From Peribolospora baueri (Eukaryota), in assembly GCA_029717555.1 (NCBI GenBank), contig JAMDHS010000054.1, positions 1 to 64,000 on the forward strand: 64,000 nucleotides of DNA, read 5' to 3'. The notes beneath the pieces were generated by a model. The model made no database searches and was not told the origin of the DNA. It saw only the letters and a list, made by a program, of their open reading frames with translations. A program made the translations under genes and the position numbers. The first letter of the stretch is position 1. Each line of letters begins with the position of its first letter. This document shows positions 1 to 10,300 of this stretch, one piece after another.

Positions 1-437
1 CCTTACCATCTCCATCTTTCCTCGACACAGGCACACGCCAGGATCGATCGCGCGTTCGAGAACACTGGAACAGAACATAAAAAGCAATATAACCCAAGAC
101 GACGGACGGAAACCCAAGACGACGGACGGACAGCGCGTCCCACGGACGTCTCGTCTCCGATACGATACGATACGATACGATACCTTATGATACGATACGA
201 CGGGGACGGACGTGCGTAGCACGAGAAGAGGAAAAAAAAAAGCCACAGAGAAAGCAGAAGAGCCTTTGAGCAGGAGCAGAAGCCTTACCATCTCCATCTT
301 TCCTCGACACAGGCACACGCCAGGATCGATCGCGCGTTCGAGAACACTGGAACAGAACATAAAAAGCAATATAACCCAAGACGACGGACGGAAACCCAAG
401 ACGACGGACAGCGCATCCCACGGACGTCTCGTCTCCG
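1..437. repeat. Direct duplication of about 155-160 bp (1-159 vs 283-437) separated by a (GATAC)n microsatellite
   Basis: CCTTACCATCTCC...CGTCTCGTCTCCG occurs at 1 and at 283, with a 4-nt indel and one substitution. Confidence 0.9.
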
Positions 438-630
438 CTATCCGTACCCCTTCCACAGGCTACGACGCTGCGAGCGGGAAGAATAGTAGCGGACCCCCTC
501 CTCGTCGCTGGGCACCGACGAAGAGCCCTTCGGTTTTGAAAACCCTCCCCGCCGTCTCCTTCGTCTCCGGCATTCGCCAGGCCGGGCAGCCCGGGGGAGG
601 TCCTACCGCGAGGGTGGTCGTCGCTCGCGG

Positions 631-3300
631 TCATGTCCGCCGCCTGCACGTCTCTACCGCCTCCTTCCGCGTCTCCGTCCCCGGCAAGGGCGACCAGACC
701 CTGCGAGCGAGCGGCATCGGCATCGGCATGGCCATGGACGCCGGTAGGGCTGCCATCCCGGCGCCCACATCCATGTCGAGTCCCCCTCCAACTCCGACCC
801 CGTCTAAAGGCAGCGAAAGGCCCACAGGCATGTCGCAGAAGAGCGCACGCGCCGAGCCCGACGGGGAAAGGAGCAGTTCCCCTCCCGCGGCGGCGGAATA
901 CGCCAGCGACCCGTCATCGCGCATGCCCGCATACGACCGCCGTTCCGGCGCACCGCCGCCGCCGCCGCCGTTGTCGTCGTCAGGGACAGGAACAGGATGG
1001 TCTCTGGTCGCGTGGACCTCTAAAAACGACCAATACTCGGCAAGGACCTCGGCGATCTGCTCCGGCGACATGGTCTCCATGTCCATCTTGCCAAAATGCA
1101 TGCCGACCAATGCCGTCGCCGCCGAGCGGTCCATCGCGGAGACGGGGGTGGAGATGGGGAATGGATTCGGGGCGAGAGCATAGAAAGAGTCTTGGCCTTG
1201 TTGGCCTTGGTGGGAGAGGGCGGAGTCGAAGAAGAAAGACTTGTCCGACGGCTGGTCCGGCTCGGGATCCGGGTCGATGTCCGCGCCTCCGCCGCCGTAC
1301 AACAATGACTGAGGCTCTTCGTCCTCCGCCTTCGGCTCTACGGTCGCAGTCCGTCCGTGGAAGGACGAGTGGAAGTGCTGTTCGGATGTGAGAGGGGAGG
1401 ACCAGGGTGCGCTCGGGGGCGGGGACGGAAGCAAGGGAATGGGGTGGTGGTGGACACCTGTGTCGGTGTATGCCCTAGCACGGAGCGGCCTTCGCCTGTC
1501 GACGCGGCCAACATGGTCCTCCCCCTCGTCCTCGCCGCCGCCGGCGATCCTGTTTTCGCCCATCCAAAGCGGCTGGGGCGCATTTCCGCCGGCGGCAGAG
1601 CCAAGAAGGCCCGAGCTAGAGCCCAAACCGACTGGAAAGGTGGCTGAGCCCTTGTTCGCGCTCGTGGTCGGTGAGGGCTGATAGATTCCAGCAGAGACGG
1701 GGACAGGGGCAGTGCGTCCTGCGGAGGACTTGCGAGTGCGAATAGGGCCGACGCTGGAGGATAACTGCGGCTGGGTGGGCGAAGCGGAGGAGAGACGCAT
1801 TCCGAAAAGGCCATGGGAGAGGGAGGGCTGTGGCGGTGGTGGTTGGGAACCGCTTGATGCAACCCTCTTCTTCTTCCTCCCTCTTACCTTCTTGCGCCTC
1901 GGCTTGTACTTGTATTCAGGGTACATGGCCCGGTCTGCGCGACGTCCGGCGTTCGAACGGCAGGATGAAAGAAGCGAAGAACGAGGAGCAAATGAGAAGA
2001 AAGGGAAAGGATAAGGATAAGGATAAGAACAAATAGGACGGAGACCGCGACGGACGAAGAGGTCCAACACGACACGATACGACACGACACGGCACGACAC
2101 GACGCGACACAACGCGACACGACGGAACCACTCACGCTCCTGCGCCTTGAGCTCGGCATACTCGTGATACTTCTTCCTGACATCGTCCGATTCTTTCCTC
2201 CACATTTCCGAGACGAGCTTGGAGATGTCAGCCTGTGGCGGCTTGCGGTTGTTGCCGAAAAGCTTCTCTCGGGTGATGGGGGAAATGGTCGAGCTGGGCG
2301 GCGAGGACGCTGTGGGGTTCGGTTTGCCGTCGTTGTTATTGACATCCCCGGCGTTGCCGTCGGCGTTACCGTCGGCGTTGGCGGCGCTGTTGGCGGTGGA
2401 GGGTGGGGATGTAAAGTTGGAGCCCTCGCCGTCGTTACCGCCCTGGGAGGAGGAAGAGGGCCCGGCAGAGGGTGGGGAGAGCTCGGAAGCGAGCGCGGCA
2501 TCGCTGTCGCCCGTGACTGCGGAGGCGTCCGTCGGCGCCTTGTCCTGCTCCTCGGAAAGGGATACGGCGGAACCGGCGCGAAGGCGCTTGAGAACATCGA
2601 TGCGGTATAGAATCCAAGCGTTCGGCGGGCGCGGGATGTCCTCCTCCGAGGGGTCCTCTTCCACTTGCTCGGTCTTGACGGCTGTGTCGGCAGCGGCAGA
2701 TGACATTTCCATGCTCATGCTGGGCGGCGGTGGAAGGTCGTGGAGCTGCCGTTGGAGGTTGTGGTAATGCATCGATGGCTGTGCGTTGTCCAACGGCGCC
2801 TCGGAAGCGGTCCACTGCATGTGCCGATACTGCTGGATGGGCCCATCAGCGGTCGTCGTTGCTGGGGGCCACGCGAAGCCAGCGGCGGGCATCATCGCAG
2901 CTCCGGGCGGACAGGGCAGGTGGACCTGTCCCTGGCCCTGACCGTGGATCTGGCCGGCGGGTGCATATAGGGCGGAGGGCGATCGCGAGCCAGAGGGTAG
3001 AGCGGGCGGACAAGGGTAGGTGGGGCCGAGGTATGGGTACGGGTATGGGTCGTACGGGTGCGGGTGGAAGGGAGAATAGGTGGGGTAGAGGGGGTTCTGA
3101 CCGGCGACGGCGTCCGTGTCAAGGCCTCGTCCTTCTGCGTCGTAGAGTCGCGCATCAAAGTAGCCTGCTGCGTCGTACACGCCGACGCCGATGCCGACGG
3201 GCAGAGGCGGTGGCTCTTGGGGCGGGCGGAGGAGAGAGGAATAAGAGTCGGTGGCGAGGGAGAGGGGCACATGGTCGGCGTTGAACGGTGGTGGCCGCAT
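631..3300 (-). CDS. MATA-type HMG-box transcription factor
   Basis: IPRPPNAWILYR...PPQADISKLVSEMWRKE...KKYHEYAELKAQE|HRAMYPEYKYKPRRKK after removing GT-AG intron 1935-2135. Confidence 0.85.
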   Translation of the reverse strand: MRPPPFNADHVPLSLATDSYSSLLRPPQEPPPLPVGIGVGVYDAAGYFDARLYDAEGRGLDTDAVAGQNPLYPTYSPFHPHPYDPYPYPYLGPTYPCPPALPSGSRSPSALYAPAGQIHGQGQGQVHLPCPPGAAMMPAAGFAWPPATTTADGPIQQYRHMQWTASEAPLDNAQPSMHYHNLQRQLHDLPPPPSMSMEMSSAAADTAVKTEQVEEDPSEEDIPRPPNAWILYRIDVLKRLRAGSAVSLSEEQDKAPTDASAVTGDSDAALASELSPPSAGPSSSSQGGNDGEGSNFTSPPSTANSAANADGNADGNAGDVNNNDGKPNPTASSPPSSTISPITREKLFGNNRKPPQADISKLVSEMWRKESDDVRKKYHEYAELKAQEREWFRRVALCRVVSCRVVSYRVVLDLFVRRGLRPICSYPYPYPFPFFSFAPRSSLLSSCRSNAGRRADRAMYPEYKYKPRRKKVRGRKKKRVASSGSQPPPPQPSLSHGLFGMRLSSASPTQPQLSSSVGPIRTRKSSAGRTAPVPVSAGIYQPSPTTSANKGSATFPVGLGSSSGLLGSAAGGNAPQPLWMGENRIAGGGEDEGEDHVGRVDRRRPLRARAYTDTGVHHHPIPLLPSPPPSAPWSSPLTSEQHFHSSFHGRTATVEPKAEDEEPQSLLYGGGGADIDPDPEPDQPSDKSFFFDSALSHQGQQGQDSFYALAPNPFPISTPVSAMDRSAATALVGMHFGKMDMETMSPEQIAEVLAEYWSFLEVHATRDHPVPVPDDDNGGGGGGAPERRSYAGMRDDGSLAYSAAAGGELLLSPSGSARALFCDMPVGLSLPLDGVGVGGGLDMDVGAGMAALPASMAMPMPMPLARRVWSPLPGTETRKEAVETCRRRT

Positions 3301-3399
3301 AGCTGGCCGGCGGGTAATATCTGTTGGAGAGGGAGGGGGGGAGGGGGCGGAGGAGGAGTAAGATAGGAGGAGGACAAAAGGGCGTATGGAGAAGAGGAG

Positions 3400-6300
3400 A
3401 GCTGCGAGGTCGGGGTATTGAGTGTGTCAGGAGTTATTGTACACGACAGAGATGAAAGAGGATGGGCGGCAGGGTTGTGGTGTTAGTGGAGGAGGAGGAA
3501 AAGAGTAGAGGAGGGGATGAGGAGGTGAAGGTGGTGGTGGGAGGAGAAGAAGCGAAGGGGAGCGTGTGGGGGAGAAACGAGGCGGGAAGGAGTGAGTGGA
3601 AGGAGAAAAGGGTGAAGGTGAGCATGGTGGGGGGAAAGGGACAAACGAGGGCGAGGACAAACGAGGAGGAGGACAAACGAGGACAATAATAAGGAGAGGA
3701 AAGGACTGGCTGGGTGGTGGACGTGAGAGGGTTGGAGGGAAGCAAGCTTATTGTTCTGGAGCGAGGAGCGAGGCGAGCCGGGCAGCACGGCCGGGTTGTA
3801 GGTTGGTTGGTTGGTTGGTTGGTCGGTTGGTTGGTTCGATTGGTTGTTGTTGTTTCGTCGTGGTCCGTGCTGTGCGTGCTGCCGGTGCTTCCGGTGGTGT
3901 CGCTGCTGGTGTCGTCGCTGGCGTCGTCGTCGTTCCTGTCATCCGCCGATGCGTGGGCCACTGACGGCTCTGCCGCCGGTCGTGCCTTCTCCCTCGAGCT
4001 GAGCAACGACAGGACGGGCAGACTGGTGAGGGAGTTTGAGCTGCCGTGATAGAGCCGGGCCCTTAAGACCTTCAATATGATTTCTCGATGTCGGGATCGT
4101 TCTGAAGGCTGGTTACCGAGAAGGAAGGCTGCAGGCCTACGAATACACACCGGACGACAGTGAGAGCGTCGAGGGGTTCGACGACTTCCTCGATGAGTTC
4201 GTGCGCTTCATGACCCGAGGCGTTGTTGTTGTCGTTGTTGTTTAGAGAGGCCCGTGCCATGGTTGAGCTCGGAGGAAGGTTAGGTGTGCAGTCGGTGTGC
4301 GTGCATGCGTCGTCACGCGTCCACGTCGAGCGGACGATGGATGGGTTGGTCGAGCCAGTCGGTTTATTTCGGCCCTCCCTCGCGTGCCCGCGTGGAGGCG
4401 AGGCGAGGAGAGGAGAGGAAGGAGGTCGAATGCGGCGGCGGAGACGAAACGGAGAGCGACGCAGGCCGACGCAGCCCAACGCAGGCCCAAACGCAGGCCC
4501 AGACACGGACACGAGATAGAGAAAGAGACAAAGAACAAGAGAAAGAGAAGAAAAAGAAAAAGAGAGACACAGACGCAGACAGGCCAAACAGACGAACGCG
4601 TGCCGCGCGCGGAGAAAGGCCGCGGCGAATTTTTCTTTTCTTCCTCGACCCACACACGTAACCTGCCGAAAGGAGGGGGCGGAGCGACGAAGGCGGGCGA
4701 AGCCTGTCGAGGGTCGAGGTCGAGGTCGAGGCGGAGACGTCCGTCCATCGACGTCCGACGACGATGTCCGAGTCCGGTTTCACCGACTGCTCGCTCGCTC
4801 GCCTTCCGTCCCCGCGGCGCATCGCATCGCATCGCATCGCATCCACCTCGGCGGACGTCGTTATGCGCGTTCAGGCCAAGGCCAGGCCGAAACACGCTCC
4901 TATCTTTGCTCTCGCCTGCGCCGGGCCGGCGAAAGAGAGAGAAAGAAAGGAAAGAAAAAAGGAAAGGAGAGCGGACGAGCGACGGGTGGCCGTCGAGGCG
5001 GGAGATGCATCGGACGACGCATCGTAAGCCTGGGAGAGCATGTGTCCATCACATAGCGTCCGCCAGCGAGCGAGCGAGCGAGAAAGCGAGGAAAGAAAGA
5101 TAGAAAGAAAAGAAAAGACGCCATTTCATGTACGGCCTGATCGTGTGCATCGACGGCGGCGAGTCGACGGCGGCGACGGCGACGATAACCCGTCTCGTCG
5201 TTCGTCCCCCGGTCCGACCGAGTCCCATATGGACCCCCCCCGCCGGCCTTGACGTGCAGCACCCGACCCACGTCGTACGTCGTACGTACGCTCGCGTCTG
5301 CGATGCGAAAGCGAGAGATAGGATGGGATGGGATGGGATGGGAACGGACGGGATGGGATAGGACGCAAATGTAAATGAAACGGAAGGAAATAACAGAAAC
5401 GATTACATCGGATAAAATTTAAACAAACTATGAAAAAGCCCCTAGTCCGTTCCGCCCGTTCGCTCTGTCGCTCCGTCTGTGCATCGTTTAGCGACCTGGC
5501 TAGCTGGCTAGATCAGGTGTACGAACGCAGAGAAGCGTAGGCGCGAGCCAGCCACACACACACACACACACAGACGCCGCCGTCGCTCGTCCCACAGTAC
5601 GTGTACGCGTCCGACGACGTATGCAAGTACGAATGTTGTGCGTACGTACGTATACCCCTCGTACGTACGTATGCACCTCGTCTACGCCAGACCAAGTCGA
5701 GAGGTGTGCGGCGTCTCGCCACTACGTCCCGGTGACGTCGGCGCCATGTCGTGTTCGCGTCGTGTCACGCGGCGGCCCACGAGGGACGGCCGACGTCCGT
5801 CCGGGCGGTCGAGCGGGGTATTCGGTCCGACCGACGGCGCGCAGCAAGCACGCAGCACAACACGTATATTTTTCGCACCTCCACTTCCACGTCCACGTCC
5901 ACTCGATTCGACTCGACTCGACTCGTGGACCATCCCCTCCTGCAGTCCATATCCACATATGCAACCCCAGACTGCTAACGTACGACCCTCGTTAGCGCCC
6001 CCGCCCCCGCCTCGGCTCGTATCGTGTCGTATCGTATCGTATCGTATTGTACCGTGTCGTACCCTTCCCTACCATCTCCCATTCCGTCTTCCGTCTTCTG
6101 TAGGCACGACCGACGCACTGCACACCGCACAGCGTGGGTCGAGCATTGCACCCGCCGCATTTGCCGCCTCCTTTCTTCTTTTCTCCGTTCCGAGTTGAAT
6201 GGAGTCGAGTCCAGTCCAGTCGTTCGTTCGTTCGTGTATGGGATGGGATGGATGTCCACCACCGCGTTCACCGCGTCCACCGCGCCTCGCAGCGCCGAGA

Positions 6301-7100
6301 CACATCCACCGACGAGACACGTCTCCTCTCACGCGATCCAACTTTGATCGAGTCCCGTGCTCACGTCGCCTTGTGTCGCCTTGTTTCGCCGATCAGGCCC
6401 CTCATCCTCGTTCCTTTGTCCCGCTTCCATCCACACCGTCTGCCCGGCGGTCCATCCATCCCCCACACGCCCCGCTCGTTCGTTGAAGCCATCTATCTGC
6501 ACCCCCATCTCATCGTCGGAACGGAGCCGCGCGCGCAGTTCCTCGCTCGACCATCTTCGACGACAGCCACCCACTCATGCGCCCCGACGTGCGACCATGT
6601 GGTCCTTGGTCGCCATCCATCATCCCCGCCTTCATGCCCGACGCGCATCAGCCATCCGCAGTCGCTCGTCTTGTCTTGTCACCGACGTACCAAATGCCGT
6701 GCCCGTGCATCCCCGTCCGTCCGTGCCTAGCGTCAGGCCCAGGTCCCCGTCGACCCTTCTGACCGCCACCCCACTTTAGAACCCGCGCCCACCACCCACC
6801 ACCAACCCCCAACCCCGCCGCTTCGTCCCACCCACCACTCGCCTCCGCGCGCGAAACAAACAATCCCCCGTGTTCGTTCGTATCTCCTCTCCACACAGGT
6901 ACACGCACGACTTGACTTGACTTGACTTGACTTGACACAACGTGATCCATCTTCTCAAGACTACGTCCACGTCCGCACGGACGTTCTCTGTCTCTCTCTC
7001 TCTTCCTCCCCATGCTGATCCTCATGCTCATGCTCATGCTGATTCGATAGGACAGGATCGCGTCGCATCGCGTCGAGTCCAGTCGGTTGTCCGCCCATCT
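3400..7100. repeat. Microsatellite-dense 5' region of the HMG gene: (TTGG)n ~3801-3837, (GCATC)n ~4818, (CA)n ~5553, (TCGTA)n ~6018, (GACTT)n ~6909
   Basis: Simple repeats are directly visible; the long ORFs here are repeat translations. Confidence 0.8.
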
Positions 7101-7374
7101 GCCATGGGGAGCCAAGGGGTACGGTGCGCGCTTGCCGACGTTGTCGATAGACAGGAGATCGTAAACAGATCGACGGATGGATGGACGCATGCTTCTTCCA
7201 ATCCCCTTCCCCAAAGGCAACCAGGTGATTCTGATTCGATTCGAGTCCCCAACATCGCCCAAGTCTTTTCTCTTCTTCAGCTCGGCCTAGCAGCGCATCC
7301 AGCAAAGCCAACACCCCAAGGAGAGGCGGTCCACGTGGGTCCGCCGGGGCACCTTCCCATCCGCCGTCACGCCA

Positions 7375-10300
7375 TCAAGTCGGAACGCCCACGCGAGACG
7401 AAGACGGCCCCGCCGTCGTACCACCACCATCGCTTCCTCCAAGGTCAAAGATCTCCACCAGATCTCGCAACCTTCCCACGGCCGGCCGGCCAGCGAGCGC
7501 CCGACGACGTCCACAAAGTCGTATGAGCTAGCGCCCACTGGAGGAAGCCGTCGATGCTCTCGCTCGCTCACCTCGTCTCCCTCTTCTCCCTCGCCCGCTC
7601 CGCCGCCGTTCCGCGGTGCTTGATGCCCGCGAAAGCTTGTCGAACTAGCTCCTCCTTCCTCGCTTGGATGTCCAGCACCTTTTCTTCGATCGTGTCCTCT
7701 GCCCCAGGGCATACAAAAAAGGGCGCCCGGATTAGAGCAAGCAGTCGAAAAGGAAGGCCGGGGACGGACCGGTCTCACTCACCTCCGACCATTTGAAACA
7801 CTTTTACGCCACGCGTTTGCCCCAATCTAGTTCGTCCCCGTCCAGTCAGCACAACCGTCGCTCGGCCAGCAGTCGTTCCGTCACTCGGGCTCACCGATGG
7901 ACGCGGTTCAACGCTGGCATTCCGACCAAGGAACAGAAAAAGGGTCAGTCAGCTCGGATCGTAGAAGCCAAACGCGACCTTTGCTCACCTTGATCTTCGA
8001 TTTGGCTTTGCCTGTTTCAAGGGGGCATCAGCGGCAGAAAGGACACTCGGTCAAAACGCATTTCAAGGAGCTCACATCGACATCCGAAGACGTACCACCA
8101 AGGATCTCGAGGACGGCAAAAAGTCACAGAATCAAGAGGATGAGCGCCTGCGAAGCGAACGGGTGATGAATAGAAGGCAGCCATACCCATCAAAAATACC
8201 TGCGAGGCCGCGGTGAGCTTCGGAAGCACAACGTCGGTGGCGGGCAAGCACATTAGCGTACGCCCTATTCCCATTCCAAACAACCACCAAGCGACGGCTC
8301 ACGTTCAGACCCAGTGCACCGCTGCAATGTCGGAGCAATATTATGGCACCGACGATCTCAATGAGTGCCATGCCGGATACACAACAGCCCGACGGCAATC
8401 TGACACTCACGTCTGTATCGAAATCAGCAGCACCTTTGGCCCTCCATCTCCCGCCTTCCCCTTCCCCTTCCCCTTGCCTCTGACCTCACCCACACCTGAA
8501 GAAGACCCGACGAAACGCTGCAAGGCCTCCTCCCGTCTCGCTTTGCTCATGCTCCCATCGAATCGAAGCGTCTCTATGCCTTGCGTCCGCAGTGCCGCCT
8601 CAATCTTGGAGAGAAACTGGACAAAATTGCTGAAGCTGTTCTCGTTGTCGCGGTCTGTACGTCAGTCAGCCGAAGACGACCCATCCAGACGCGGACGCGG
8701 ATACCCTTCTACGAACACTCACACTAACGACTTCACCTCGGCGTCCGAGCGTTCCGTAGCTTTTAAAAAGCGGATGAGCTCAGCGATCTTTGCAGACTGG
8801 GAAGCGTATGATTCCCGAGAAACTCTGTTTTCCGCCTCTTCACCCGTTTCGCTGCCGTCGTCGTCGGCTTTTCTTCCCTCGTTGGGTGAGAGAGGCGCGG
8901 GGCTTATTAACGAACTCGCAGATAGACGTCGGCGATCCATAGGGCACTTGGAGACGATGAGAAGCAAGCATGTGAGCCGGTGAACGTGCATACCAGCAGA
9001 CTCTTTGTCCTCAGCCTCCGTACACACCATCGACTGGACGCGGATCACTTCCTCGATACAGGCGCGGCAGAACGTGTGAGCGCAGACGGTGATGACCTGG
9101 TGAAAAGTGCGCAGCAAAATGAGCACGGAGGATCCTGGTGGATCAAGCGGAAAACTCGTCCTGAATTGGAACTCACGGGCTCCTTCAGAGCGTCGATACA
9201 TATAGGGCACTCCTCGCCCATCTGTTCGCATGATCAAAGCAAAGCAAAAAATCGCTATCAATAGACGGGCGCGCCTAAACGTCGAGCCCGAACCCGAGCT
9301 CACCTCAATAACTCCATTCAACATCTCTCGAAGTCCTGCAAGCTTCTTGGGATCGATCTGCGAAGAAGCGTCCGCCTCCAAACGGCGCTCATCTTTGTGC
9401 TCAATCTTCAGTCTTGCCTCCCGGATCGTTTGCACAAAGTTCGGAGGGCACAGGTCCCGGTGGCTGTATCGTGGAGGATAGAGGAGTCAGTGACGGAGAA
9501 GCGTGTCGATGAGAGCGCCTCCTCAACATCATGTGCTCACCAGGCGATTTGCCTGAGCCTGATGGTTCAGTTGGGGAGATAGCAACCACGACCGGGACGT
9601 AAGCGCTCGAGCATTGTCAACGAAGAGGGACATGCCCGTCGTGCGTGGCTTCACCTGGACAAGAACATCAGCACGTTCATGTACTGCGCCGACAGCGTTC
9701 CACTCTGAACATACGCCAACAAAGTCTTCTTCATCTCCAAAGTCACCCCGTCGTAGATGGCCCGGGTCTTTGCGTCCAATGGCACCTTGTGCAGGTAGAA
9801 GCTAACAGAGGGAAGATAGACGAGGGGACGCCCATCAGGGGTGGTCATGTTCTTGGTGCGGCGTAGGACGATGGCCGTGACGATTGCCTGTGCAGGGTGA
9901 GCAGCAACATGGTGTGGTTCACAACAAATTTTCACAAAAGGCGAGAGCGACGCATTCAGTGAGACGGACGGAAACCCGGCCGAACTAACCTTCAAGATAC
10001 GCGCGCCCTCCACATCTCCAGCTTTGACCGGCCGCTCGATGAAACGGGACCAGTTTGTCTCGTCTCCCAGCGGCTGCATGCGCAAGAACTTGCACAGGGC
10101 ACCCAGGTCCTTTGTTCCGTTCACGATCGGCGTCCTGGCGGGACGAGGAAATAGGTATCAAGGCATTCATCTCCGCACGCAGACCCCGGCTCATAACACT
10201 GCACAGGTATACAAAACGCACCCAGTGACGACCCATCTCCGCTCCGCTTGCAGCATGCAGCACGCTTTTGACGTCTTTGTCTTGCTGTTGCGCTATAGTG

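Noticed and set aside
212..1183. 323-aa plus-strand ORF and other long overlapping ORFs
   Set aside because: Antisense shadows of GC-rich coding sequence with no motifs
631..7300. Mating-type (P/R or HD) locus around the HMG gene
   Set aside because: I found no STE3 receptor, CAAX pheromone precursor or homeodomain gene in the window
4297..7526. Several 150-270-aa ORFs
   Set aside because: Translations of microsatellites and purine tracts
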